Both the position numbers and the translations under genes were made by a program. 28,003 nucleotides of DNA from a bacterium. Lineage in GTDB: Bacteria > Zhuqueibacterota > Zhuqueibacteria > Zhuqueibacterales > Zhuqueibacteraceae. Below the pieces are notes generated by a model that saw only the letters and a program-made list of their open reading frames with translations, was not told where the DNA came from and did not search any database. The DNA is taken from contig JBIOXB010000025.1 in NCBI GenBank assembly GCA_044869275.1, positions 1 through 28,003 on the forward strand, written 5' to 3'. Below, in pieces: positions 18,452 through 27,660 of this stretch (positions within the stretch are counted from its first letter, which is position 1; each line of letters opens with the position of its first letter).

Positions 18452-18731
18452 ATATGATTCTAAGATCGCGCTTTATTCCATCGCGCAGGTATGGGCTGAT
18501 GGCAGCTTCTGTCAAAAGATCTACTTTTCTACTCAATGCAGCGGACAATTTGCGTTCAAGCGCAACAAGTGTTAAAAGACTCTTCGGCTTGGAAAATTCG
18601 ACGATCAGATCAATATCGCTTGACTCATCGTCTTCACCACGAGCTACAGAGCCAAATACGCCTAATTTACTGACATCGTTCTGGCGGCATATTTCCGATA
18701 GCTTGTCGGTGTTGAATAGCAGTGCAATCAT
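18438..18731 (-). CDS. Minimal nucleotidyltransferase (MntA-like) antitoxin
   Basis: VFGSVARGEDDESSDIDLIV (GS-x10-DxD), RKVDL; overlaps the HEPN gene. Confidence 0.93.
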   Translation of the reverse strand: MIALLFNTDKLSEICRQNDVSKLGVFGSVARGEDDESSDIDLIVEFSKPKSLLTLVALERKLSAALSRKVDLLTEAAISPYLRDGIKRDLRIIYEAG

Positions 18732-18771
18732 AAACTCTCTTCATCAAGAATGACAACCTCAACGTCTTCCC

Positions 18772-19872
18772 TCAATGCACCCGCCGTTTGCGATTGCGAA
18801 TGTAATCCACGAACACATATTCGCCGAGCTTGTTCAGCGAGGAAAAGTAGGCACGGCCATGATTGGCCTTCGTCATCTTATTCACAAAATCCACCAGCCA
18901 GGGATCGTTCGCGATCATGAAAGTCGTAATCGCGACTTTTTCGCGGCGGCACATCACGGCTTCGTCCAGGGTTTTGTTCACGATCTTGCGGTCGAGGCCG
19001 TAAGGATTCTTATAAATACGGCCATACTCGAAAATGGCCGAGGGCTTGCCGTCGGTGATCATAAAAACTTGTTTGTTGACATTGCGCTTGCGCTTCAGAA
19101 TATTCCGCGCCAATTGCAAGCCGGCCTTGGTGTTGGTGTGGAACGGGCCGACGGTGACGAAAGGAATATCGGACACTTTTACTTCCACAGCATCATCACC
19201 GAACAACACGACGTGCAAGCTGTCTTTGGGATATTTGGTCAAAATCAATTCCGACAGCGCCAGCGCGACATTCTTCGCCGGGGTGATGCGATCCTCGCCG
19301 TACAACACCATGCTGTGACTGATGTCGATCATCAACACCGTCGCGCAAGTGGTGAGATGCTCGGTTTCGTAGACTTCCAAATCGTCTTCGGTGATTTTGA
19401 TTTGATCGATGCCGTTGCGCTTGATCGCGTTGTTGATGGTGGTGGTGAAATCGAGATTGGTGGGCGCGTCGCCGAAGCGAAAGCGCTTGGTTTCCGACAG
19501 GCGCTCGACGCCCTGGCCCGAGTGCGGGAGGGCGTGCTGACCGTTGAGCGAGCTTTTGCGCAAAGAAGAAAAAACCTGATCCAGCGAATCCTGGCGGATG
19601 CGCTTGCCGCCCTTCGGGGTGAGGCGATATTTGCCCTTCTCGTCGTCGAGGTAGCCTTGCTGCTTCATCCATTCGATGAAATCGCCCAAACCTTTCCCGG
19701 GCTCCTCGTCAAACAAACGATGTCGCTTATCCAACTGCGTCAGCCACTGCAGCGCCTGGCCGACATCACCATCGGTGCGCAACAGCAACTGGCTGAAGAG
19801 CTTCATCAAATCTTCAAACGTCAAGCGGCTTTTGCCTTGCTCGTCTCGCCATTCGGAATAGCGGAAGATCAT
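18772..19872 (-). CDS. von Willebrand factor A (vWA) domain protein
   Basis: MIDAS motif DISHS, HTNT, MITDGKPS; the type normally adjacent to the ChlI-like ATPase. Confidence 0.9.
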   Translation of the reverse strand: MIFRYSEWRDEQGKSRLTFEDLMKLFSQLLLRTDGDVGQALQWLTQLDKRHRLFDEEPGKGLGDFIEWMKQQGYLDDEKGKYRLTPKGGKRIRQDSLDQVFSSLRKSSLNGQHALPHSGQGVERLSETKRFRFGDAPTNLDFTTTINNAIKRNGIDQIKITEDDLEVYETEHLTTCATVLMIDISHSMVLYGEDRITPAKNVALALSELILTKYPKDSLHVVLFGDDAVEVKVSDIPFVTVGPFHTNTKAGLQLARNILKRKRNVNKQVFMITDGKPSAIFEYGRIYKNPYGLDRKIVNKTLDEAVMCRREKVAITTFMIANDPWLVDFVNKMTKANHGRAYFSSLNKLGEYVFVDYIRNRKRRVH

Positions 19873-19953
19873 GTTTCACGCTCGCAACTTTTTATCCGGT
19901 TCACAAATCAGCCGTGCAACTTCATCCTGAATCGCTTCGCAGGCGGCAAAACC

Positions 19954-19982
19954 AATATGCGAATTTGCCGGGGCAAATGCAA
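19954..19982 (-). promoter_or_regulatory. Putative sigma70 promoter for the vWA operon with a palindromic spacer
   Basis: Minus-strand TTGCAT-N17-CATATT; overlapped by ATTTGCC-GG-GGCAAAT (19963-19978). Confidence 0.45.
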
Positions 19983-20050
19983 GGCTTTGATGCCCTCTGC
20001 GCGAAAATCTATGGCGCGGATCCTTTGATCGCCCCGCACGGGACCGAAAG

Positions 20051-23000
20051 TCAACGCAACGCTTCCCACTTCCGCGCGAGTGTTTCCATCATTTCCTGGA
20101 GCGCACGCACACCCGCCATTGCCTGCTGCGTTGGCCGCGCCTCCGCGCCCTGTAAAAGATTCAATAAGAACAGAAATTTATTCTGCAAATCGACAATCGT
20201 TTCCTGGTCCGCCGAAGTTGCCGTAATGCTGCCGTACAAAAGATCCGGATTGCCAGGCACGCCTGCGCCACGCAGCGCTCGCAACGAGGCTTCGCGTTGT
20301 GTCTGGCTCCCCAACGCCGTGCGATTTTGCAGCAGAGCATCCATCGCCTCGCGGATTTTTTGCAGCCGGAGATAACCATGGTAGCAAGCAAGCGAATAGT
20401 CCGTCTGCAATTGCACCTCCGCCGGGCTGAGCGTCACACGCGGATCGAGTCGCACCTCCAGTAGACGTTCATACACGGCGCCATCAACCGTCAAACGCAC
20501 CGTGTAACGCCCCGGATGCACGAACGGGCCCCCTGGGCCGCTCGGCGTGTTGCGATATACGGCGGCAATCGCAAATTCGCGCTCACTGCCCGGCGGCGGT
20601 TCGTAGCGCAAATCCCAAACGAAGCGATGATGGCCCGCCGTGATGGCGAGAACTTGGGGCGGACGAATCCAATATGTCGGATGCGGCATCGCGGTGGTGT
20701 CAATCAACTCTACTTTATCATTACTCGTGAATCGCCGCACCGTTTCCTTTTTATCATTCACCATTTCAAGCTTTACGTCTTTCGCCTCCCGATTTAAACA
20801 ATAATCCAAAATCGCGCCATCTGGCGGGTTTTGGCCGGCAGGCTCTTCCGGCGGCAGCGGCGTATCCGAAAACATGTTCCAGCGCACTCGCGTTGCTGGT
20901 GGCGGCGCGAAGAGATACGCCGGTGCCACAGCGACTTTCACCATCTCGCGCAGCGGTGCAAAATTGTCGAGAATCCAAATTGCCCGGCCGTGCGTGCCGA
21001 CCACCAAATCATTTTCGTGAATAACCAGATCGCGAATGGACGAGGCCGGCATGTTCAAGCGCAACGATTGCCAATGCTCGCCGTCGTCCACCGAAAAATA
21101 CACCGCGCGCTCCGTGCCCGCGAAAAGCAAACCGCGTTGTTGCAAATCTTCGCGTACCACATTCACCGGGCCCATTCCGGGCAGGCCGTTGACCATGCGT
21201 GCCCACGAAGCACCGCCATCATGCGTGCGATAAATATGCGGGCGCATATCGTCGCGCCGGATGGCGTTGATCGCGAGGTACGCGGTTTGGCTGTCGAAAT
21301 GCCCGGCATCAATTTGTGAAACTTTATCCCACACGCGCAGCTCCGGCGGCGTGACATTTTTCCAAGTTGTGCCGCCATCGCGCGTGAGGTGCACCAACCC
21401 ATCATCCGTGCCTGCCCAGATCGTATTGACTTCACGAGGCGAAGGCGCGACGGCATAGATCACCCCGCGGCGCGGCATACTCGCCAATTGCGGCGTGCGA
21501 AAGTCGCCGATGCTTTCCGGCACTTCCGGTTGCTCGCGAGAAAGATCGGAACTAATGATTTGCCACTGCTCGCCGCCGTTCGTCGTCTTCCACAACACGT
21601 TGGTGGCAAAAAGCAGCATCGTCGGATCAGCGGGATGAAACAGCAGCGGCATGGTGCGAAGCATCCGATATTTCCCGGAGCGCAATGCTTCCGGCGCGAC
21701 ATTCTGCGCTTGGCCCGTCTGCTTGTTGAAGCGCATCACCCGGCCGCCATACACCATGTCGGTATTGCGCGGATCAGGCGCGACATAGGCATATTCATCC
21801 GCGCCCACGCCGATCCAATCGCGAAATGAAATCTGTCCGCCATTGCCGCGGCTGGCGATGGCAATTGCCCCGCTCTCCTGCTGGCCGCCATAAACCCAAT
21901 ATGGAAACTGATCGTCCGTCGTCACGTGATAAAGTTGCGCCGTGGGTTGATTGTACCACGAGCTCCATGTTTTGCCGTCGTTGACCGTAATCGTCGCGCC
22001 CTGATCCGTGGCAAAGAGCATGATGTCCGGCTGCAAAGGATTGATCCAAATGCGATGGTAATCGTCGCCGCCCGGTGCGCCTTTGAGCGACGCCCAAGTC
22101 TTGCCACCATCATCAGAACGATACGAAGCGATGTTGCCAATGAAAACAACCTCCGGATTTTTCGGATGCACGCGCACTTCGGCGAAATCGCCGCCGCGTC
22201 CCCACAAGCGGCGGTCATTGCTAGTCAGCATCCAACTTTCACCTGCATCTTCGGACCGATAGAGGCCGCCATTCTCTCTCGCATCAACCGTGGCGTACAT
22301 TCGTTTTGGATTGCTCGGAGCCAGGCCCACGCCGATGCGACCCAACCCCTGCGCTGCAGTAGGCAGGCCTTGCGTGAGCCGCCGCCACGTGTCGCCGCCG
22401 TCGGTTGATTTGTAGAGGCCGCTGTTCGTTCCGGAAAAGCTGGCGTTCTCCCACGGCCCTTCGCGATGCTCCCACAAATCAGCGAAAACGATTTGGGGAT
22501 TGGTGGGATCGAATTCGACTTGAATCGCGCCGGTGTTGTGATTAATGTAAAGCACTTTCTGCCAAGATCGCCCGCCATCGGTGGTGCGGAACACACCGCG
22601 CTCCTCATTCGGGCCATAAGGATGGCCGAGTCCCGCGACAAACACAATATCCGGATTAGTTGGATGCACGATGAGTCTCCCGACTTGCTGCACGTCCGCG
22701 AGACCAACATGCGCCCACGTTTTGCCACCGTCGCTGGATTTGAAAATGCCATCACCAACGCTGAGATCGGGACGATGCAAACCCTCGCCGGTGCCAACAT
22801 AGATCACTTCCGGCTGCGAGGGCGAGACCGCAATATCGCCCACCGAGCCGGTGGGCGCGTCGTCGAAAATCGGCTTCCACGTGCGGCCGTAGTCATCGGT
22901 TTTCCAAACGCCGCCGTTGTTCACGCCGATATAAAACACATTCGGCTGCGTGGGCACGCCCACAGCTCCGACAGTTCTTCCCGCGCGAAACGGGCCGAGG

Positions 23001-23098
23001 TTGCGGTAGCGGAGGTCTTGGTAGAGGGAGGAATTAATGGATTGCGCTGCTACGGAGGTGACGAGTAGCAGGAGATTGAAGAGTAATTTTGCACGCAT
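20051..23098 (-). CDS. Secreted BNR/Asp-box (VPS10/sortilin-like) beta-propeller protein, putative glycosyl hydrolase
   Basis: Signal peptide MRAKLL...VAA/Q; many (S/T)xD(G/A)GxxW Asp-boxes; RNLGPFRAGR start; GTHGRAIWILD. Confidence 0.88.
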   Translation of the reverse strand: MRAKLLFNLLLLVTSVAAQSINSSLYQDLRYRNLGPFRAGRTVGAVGVPTQPNVFYIGVNNGGVWKTDDYGRTWKPIFDDAPTGSVGDIAVSPSQPEVIYVGTGEGLHRPDLSVGDGIFKSSDGGKTWAHVGLADVQQVGRLIVHPTNPDIVFVAGLGHPYGPNEERGVFRTTDGGRSWQKVLYINHNTGAIQVEFDPTNPQIVFADLWEHREGPWENASFSGTNSGLYKSTDGGDTWRRLTQGLPTAAQGLGRIGVGLAPSNPKRMYATVDARENGGLYRSEDAGESWMLTSNDRRLWGRGGDFAEVRVHPKNPEVVFIGNIASYRSDDGGKTWASLKGAPGGDDYHRIWINPLQPDIMLFATDQGATITVNDGKTWSSWYNQPTAQLYHVTTDDQFPYWVYGGQQESGAIAIASRGNGGQISFRDWIGVGADEYAYVAPDPRNTDMVYGGRVMRFNKQTGQAQNVAPEALRSGKYRMLRTMPLLFHPADPTMLLFATNVLWKTTNGGEQWQIISSDLSREQPEVPESIGDFRTPQLASMPRRGVIYAVAPSPREVNTIWAGTDDGLVHLTRDGGTTWKNVTPPELRVWDKVSQIDAGHFDSQTAYLAINAIRRDDMRPHIYRTHDGGASWARMVNGLPGMGPVNVVREDLQQRGLLFAGTERAVYFSVDDGEHWQSLRLNMPASSIRDLVIHENDLVVGTHGRAIWILDNFAPLREMVKVAVAPAYLFAPPPATRVRWNMFSDTPLPPEEPAGQNPPDGAILDYCLNREAKDVKLEMVNDKKETVRRFTSNDKVELIDTTAMPHPTYWIRPPQVLAITAGHHRFVWDLRYEPPPGSEREFAIAAVYRNTPSGPGGPFVHPGRYTVRLTVDGAVYERLLEVRLDPRVTLSPAEVQLQTDYSLACYHGYLRLQKIREAMDALLQNRTALGSQTQREASLRALRGAGVPGNPDLLYGSITATSADQETIVDLQNKFLFLLNLLQGAEARPTQQAMAGVRALQEMMETLARKWEALR

Positions 23099-23287
23099 AA
23101 AGTGCGAATGGCAAATGGTGATGGAAATAAGAGAGGTGAATTTGTCAGACACAAAAGCGCTGAGGTTTTCTCACGGACGTGAAATGCAGAGTGCTGGTCG
23201 CCCGGGATGCGGGCTTCCCGCAAACGCTTCGCACGTCTGCGCCAGGCGCTCGCACAATTCCTCTATTGCTGCTCTTATCACAGACGA

Positions 23288-24400
23288 TCATTGCCCCGAG
23301 CTGCCTGGCCGGCGAGGCACGGGGGCGACGGACTTGCGCCTTTGCGCGTGAGAAAGAAAATCCTGCGGATGGCAATCCGAGCAGGCAACGAAGTGAATAT
23401 TGTTCGCGCTGGAGGCATTAAAGTAGGTGGTGTTCATTTTCTCAACCTCGAGGCCGCAATTGGACAAGCGTGGATGACAATTGCTGCACGATTCCTTTGC
23501 ATCATTGGAATGCGAGGCGTGACAAGCGCTACAACTCAAGCCCTCATGCACGCCGCGCGGCGTACGGTCGTCACTGCTTCCCGCCTGGTGAAAGGCATTC
23601 GGCGCGTGACATTGAACACACACGCGCTGATGCTCGTCTTTGGCAACTTGCACTGAACGTCCATTATTGGCGAGCGCCAGCGCCGGCAGCTCAGCCGCAG
23701 CAAAGTGCATTTTTTCGTAGCGATCATAGAATCCAACTTTAGCGGCCCGCGACGGCCGTTTGGCGGCGATGTTCGCCGGATTGGCATAATCCGGCCTGGT
23801 CGCCGGACTGCCTTCGACGTGAATTTCATGACAGGCCAGGCACGGAATGGCCGGCTGCGAGGCCAGCGCCGGATCGACCAGTTTCCACGACCCGGTGACG
23901 CTGAGCGGCGTCACCACTTGCGCGATGCTTCCCGAAAAGAACATGCCGTGACAGCGCAGACACGATTCACTTAACTGTTCCTTTTGGTTATGCTTCTCAT
24001 TGAGAAAGATGTCCGCGTAAGTCGCCGAATGGCCGCCGCTCAGCCAGTCGGCATGCTCCTGCGCATGGCACTCGCTGCACTTCGCGATCGCCGCAACGAC
24101 CTGCCGTTCGTTCAGTCGAATTTCTTCATACTGCGGACGAGTGAAATGTGTGAACACCATCCGCGCTTTTTCTTCCATACTGTGTAGACCCGCGCTTAAG
24201 GCCGTGCCATGGCAGTCTGCACATTCGATCTCCCGGTGCGGTGATTGCGCCCAGATCTCGTGCGCGCCTTGAATTTCGTGGCAGGAGGCGCAGGATTTGG
24301 CAGGCGAAGACGTTTGCCAATAGGCAAAAAATCCGGCGAAACTCAGCACCACCAAAGAAATCAGGAGGAGGCCTGCTGTGATCAATAACTTCATTTTCAT
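23288..24400 (-). CDS. Membrane-anchored nine-heme cytochrome c with NapC/NrfH-like N-terminus
   Basis: Nine CxxCH motifs (CASCH, CADCH, CSECH, CLRCH, CLACH, CVQCH, CSACH, CSNCH, CSDCH); N-terminal TM helix; GGAG RBS before ATG 24400. Confidence 0.9.
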   Translation of the reverse strand: MKMKLLITAGLLLISLVVLSFAGFFAYWQTSSPAKSCASCHEIQGAHEIWAQSPHREIECADCHGTALSAGLHSMEEKARMVFTHFTRPQYEEIRLNERQVVAAIAKCSECHAQEHADWLSGGHSATYADIFLNEKHNQKEQLSESCLRCHGMFFSGSIAQVVTPLSVTGSWKLVDPALASQPAIPCLACHEIHVEGSPATRPDYANPANIAAKRPSRAAKVGFYDRYEKMHFAAAELPALALANNGRSVQVAKDEHQRVCVQCHAPNAFHQAGSSDDRTPRGVHEGLSCSACHASHSNDAKESCSNCHPRLSNCGLEVEKMNTTYFNASSANNIHFVACSDCHPQDFLSHAQRRKSVAPVPRRPGSSGQ

Positions 24401-24469
24401 CTCTCCTTCATCTCTCCCAACGTGCACGAGCCGCAACCAAACAAAAGGCACCCGCGAATGGGCGCCAGA

Positions 24470-24590
24470 GAGCCACAGAGTGAGTTTTGCTTCCCGTGGT
24501 TCTTGAAATTCTCCGTGAAACTCCGTGTTCTGTGTTGAAAAGGCGTTAAGAGATGCGAACAACTTGCAGTCCCGCCGCTGCGGGATTATT
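24470..24590. repeat. REP-like periodic units and a small hairpin
   Basis: Minus-strand CACAGAA-CACGGAGTT-TCACGGAG units; TCCCGC-CGCT-GCGGGA hairpin at about 24570-24585. Confidence 0.4.
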
Positions 24591-24633
24591 CTGACTCTGA
24601 AAAGCTAATCCCATAAGAAGACCGGTACTGCCT

Positions 24634-26307
24634 TCAACGGAATTTCGTGCCGCGCCATTCCTCTTTTATATAGGCAGATACCCAATATCCCAACGCCATG
24701 ATCGTCAGCGCGGGATTGAACCCGCCGTTGGTCACATGCAGGCTGCCATCCGCCACGAACAAGTTGTCGATGTCGTGCACCTGGCCGTATTTGTTGACCA
24801 CTGAATTCTTGGGATCATTTCCCATTCTGCACGTTCCGCTTTGATGCTGGCCGCCACTGGCCGTCTTGCCGCCACCCCAGCCAAATTTCCAAACCGTATC
24901 AGCGCCTGCCGCTTTTAACCAAGCTTCCGCTTTCGAAGAAAGAAAATCGGTGCCTTTGCGATCCTCCGGATGACCGTGCCCGGAGATGCGCGCGACGGGA
25001 ATGCCCCAATGATCTCTGACCGTACGATCGATTTCCACGCGCGATTCGAAAACCGGAATTTCTTGAATCGGTCCCATGACGGCCGCGTGTCGTTTGAAAT
25101 ATTGGCGCTGAAAATCTTTGTGCGCTTTGCCCCAACTGGGCGCGCCCGGAGGCCGCCGTCCGCTGAAGAGATAGGGCATGCGAATAAATTCGTTGGCGAG
25201 AAGCCCCCCGCCGATGATTTCTGAGTTGTGATGATTGAAGTCACAAATGGCCACACAGGCGCCCGGCCCAACGTCGTCGTAGACTTCCTTCGCAAACAAC
25301 CCAAATGCGCCGCAGTAAGCATGTCCCTGCAAGTTTCTGCCGACCCAGTCGTTGTTGTTTCCGGCGCCGTCCGGAAAAAGCTTCGACCGCGAATTCAACA
25401 GCAAACGCGCCGATTCCGTTGCCGAAGCCGCCACCACCACGAGGTCAGCGGTCTGTGTTTGCTTTTTGTTTTGCGCATCAAAATACGTGACGCCGGTGGC
25501 GCGACCGCGTTCATCGATATGGATTTCACTCACCACGGTTTGGGTGCGCAGCTCGCAATGGTCCGTTGCCAGCGCCGCGGGAATGACGGTGTTTTGGCTG
25601 CCGCCTTTGGCATTCACCGGGCAGGCAAACCCGACACAGGTTCGCATGTTGATGCACCCGGGCCGGCCATTGTACGCGATGGAATTTCGCAGCATGGGAA
25701 TGGGAAAGGGATGAAGGCCGGTGCTTTTCGCGGCGTCATACAAGATCTTCCCTTCCCGGTTATAAGAGAATGGCGGCATGGGATGTGGTTTGCGGCGTGG
25801 CGGCGCGAAAGGGTTTTGGCTGTCATCGCCGGAGACGCCGATTTCCCATTCCGCTTTTTCATAGCAGGGTTCCAGATCCTCATAGGAAATCGGCCAGTCT
25901 TCCAGCGTCGAGTTCGGCACTTCGCCGTAAACCGATCGCATGCTGAAATCCTCGGGCATGAAGCGCCAGGCCATCGCGCCATAACTGAGCGTGCCGCCGC
26001 CGACGCAGGCGGCATTGTTGTTGTAGCTCCACTCGCTCGGCATCACGATATGCCATTTGCCTTGCGCATCTCTGACCACGCGGCGATAGCGCTCATCATC
26101 CGGGCCGTAGGCATTGCCCAGAGCCGGCGTGCGTTGCGAGCGCAATTCGTCGCTATCGATATCCTCGTAGCTGTGCCACTTACCGCGTTCGAAGAGGACA
26201 ACGGAGAGACCGGCTTCACCGAGCTCTTTGGCCACCACGCCGCCGCCAGCGCCGGCGCCAATAACGATTGCATTGACGTGTTTCAGTGCCATGCCCATTT
26301 TCCTCAC
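24634..26307 (-). CDS. GMC-family FAD oxidoreductase (sugar/gluconate dehydrogenase large-subunit type)
   Basis: GAGAGGG Rossmann motif, VGGGTL, DWPISYEDL, Cys cluster CINMRTCVGFACP, VGRNL, HQSGTCRMG, NPALT. GTGA overlap with the small subunit. Confidence 0.92.
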   Translation of the reverse strand: MRKMGMALKHVNAIVIGAGAGGGVVAKELGEAGLSVVLFERGKWHSYEDIDSDELRSQRTPALGNAYGPDDERYRRVVRDAQGKWHIVMPSEWSYNNNAACVGGGTLSYGAMAWRFMPEDFSMRSVYGEVPNSTLEDWPISYEDLEPCYEKAEWEIGVSGDDSQNPFAPPRRKPHPMPPFSYNREGKILYDAAKSTGLHPFPIPMLRNSIAYNGRPGCINMRTCVGFACPVNAKGGSQNTVIPAALATDHCELRTQTVVSEIHIDERGRATGVTYFDAQNKKQTQTADLVVVAASATESARLLLNSRSKLFPDGAGNNNDWVGRNLQGHAYCGAFGLFAKEVYDDVGPGACVAICDFNHHNSEIIGGGLLANEFIRMPYLFSGRRPPGAPSWGKAHKDFQRQYFKRHAAVMGPIQEIPVFESRVEIDRTVRDHWGIPVARISGHGHPEDRKGTDFLSSKAEAWLKAAGADTVWKFGWGGGKTASGGQHQSGTCRMGNDPKNSVVNKYGQVHDIDNLFVADGSLHVTNGGFNPALTIMALGYWVSAYIKEEWRGTKFR

Positions 26308-26867
26308 TTGCCGGGAAACATATTGTAGCGATTCTGCCCGACGATTCTGGGATAATCAATGTCGAGCATTTTGAAACTGGCAAACCGCCGGTTGCCGCCG
26401 TGGCGCGGGCTGCCATAGAAACCCTGCATGGTGTGATCTCGGATCAGTTCGAAAAATTTCTGCGCGGACACGGCCTGCCAGATTTCGCCTTTGGCTGCAC
26501 CAGCTTCCAGCGTCTTCAAAACTTCTGTCTGCTGCTCCCATGCCAGCGTTTCGAAATTGCCGCCGAACATGAGACGGTTGGTTTGTTGCACACCGGCGAG
26601 GCCTTGGCGGTAAATCTCCTGATGCTTGGCAAAAACGCCCACCAATTGCTTGTCGATGAAATTGATGACATTCGCTTCCTTCGCACCGGGATCATCGTCA
26701 GCCGGAATGATCTGCTCCGCAATCGCTTCAACCACAAGAGCTTCCGCGTCCGTAAAGAACCGCCACGTGCCCAGGTCTTGTGCACAACCGGAAACCAACA
26801 TGGCGCCCCCAACACCGGCGCCGGCGATTTTGATGAACGCTCTTCTGGTGAGGTCATTGCTCTCCAT
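26304..26867 (-). CDS. Gluconate 2-dehydrogenase subunit 3 family protein with a Tat (lipo)signal
   Basis: TRRAFIK twin-arginine motif, VSGC possible lipobox, IIPADDDPGA, FIDKQL, GFYGSPRHGGNR. GGAGA RBS before ATG 26867. Confidence 0.9.
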   Translation of the reverse strand: MESNDLTRRAFIKIAGAGVGGAMLVSGCAQDLGTWRFFTDAEALVVEAIAEQIIPADDDPGAKEANVINFIDKQLVGVFAKHQEIYRQGLAGVQQTNRLMFGGNFETLAWEQQTEVLKTLEAGAAKGEIWQAVSAQKFFELIRDHTMQGFYGSPRHGGNRRFASFKMLDIDYPRIVGQNRYNMFPGK

Positions 26868-26903
26868 GGCATTCTCCGAAAATGCGGTGATCGTTAAACG
26901 ATA

Positions 26904-26931
26904 AGCATAACACAACTTTCCGAAAAGTCAA
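26904..26931 (-). promoter_or_regulatory. Putative sigma70 promoter for the dehydrogenase operon
   Basis: Minus-strand TTGACT-N16-TATGCT with an extended -10 TG. Confidence 0.5.
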
Positions 26932-27056
26932 TTGCTTTTTAGGGAGTAGCAGGAGGAAAAGAAGTGTTTTGAGGGCATGAAATTGAAATGAACATTGAAA
27001 AAAGCAAGCAATGAAGAACTTTCGTCATTAGAATTGCCGGAGATTCGCCTCGCTGG

Positions 27057-27629
27057 CTATCGCGCCGTGGCCCGCATCCCAAGAGCGTATCCGACTATCG
27101 TGATCACTTGATGGGCAAAAAACAAAAAGACGATGGACCAAAGCACGCGCAGCAGGGTAACCTCAACGACCAATGCCAGGACCAGCCACATGCCCAGCAG
27201 CAAATCAACCTGATCCAGGAGGTAAAACAACACGCCCGCCACCCCCTTGCCGGCCGTCCCGGGTGCAATGCCAAGCTGGCGTTTGATGAAACTATTTGGC
27301 AGCTCGCTCAGCATCGCCGCGGCTCCCACTGCAAATCCGAGGAAAAACCAGTTCAAACGATAATAGTCAATAAGCGCGAGACTGCGAACAGAAGTTGTTT
27401 GATGAAGAATCGTTTGAATCCCAAAGCCGGCCGCCGCGCCCAAGCCTACGGCGATGACGCCGCGATAGGTCTTATTGGACCCGAAAAGCCGCCGGCCGCG
27501 AAACGTTCTTCCTCCATCGATTGGCCGCGCAAGAAAGGTCAGCCAGTTGAACTTCATGCAGAAGCCATGAAATGCAAGCCCAACCAGCAGTGGAAGAAGC
27601 ATATAGCTGACACGTAGCATTTCGATCAT
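27057..27629 (-). CDS. CDP-archaeol synthase (CarS/DUF46)-like membrane cytidylyltransferase
   Basis: PIDGG...GRRLFGSNKTYRG, SELPNSFIKRQLGIAPG and LLDQVD motifs; multiple TM helices. Confidence 0.85.
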   Translation of the reverse strand: MIEMLRVSYMLLPLLVGLAFHGFCMKFNWLTFLARPIDGGRTFRGRRLFGSNKTYRGVIAVGLGAAAGFGIQTILHQTTSVRSLALIDYYRLNWFFLGFAVGAAAMLSELPNSFIKRQLGIAPGTAGKGVAGVLFYLLDQVDLLLGMWLVLALVVEVTLLRVLWSIVFLFFAHQVITIVGYALGMRATAR

Positions 27630-27660
27630 TGGTTTTTGAATTCAGAATAGATTCTTAAAC

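Larger units (their letters stand above)
18074..18757. mobile_element. Putative IR-bounded MNT-HEPN cassette
   Basis: Perfect 9-bp inverted repeats GTTGTCATT (18074-18082)/AATGACAAC (18749-18757) bracket two visibly AT-richer genes lying between the vWA and ATPase genes. Confidence 0.45.

Noticed and set aside
18775..20028. 417-aa plus-strand ORF, and similar ORFs at 17037-17930 and 25228-26328
   Set aside because: Antisense shadows of well-supported minus-strand genes.
24401..24562. Longer start for the cytochrome given in the ORF track
   Set aside because: It runs through REP-like repeats; the GGAG RBS and TM anchor support ATG 24400.
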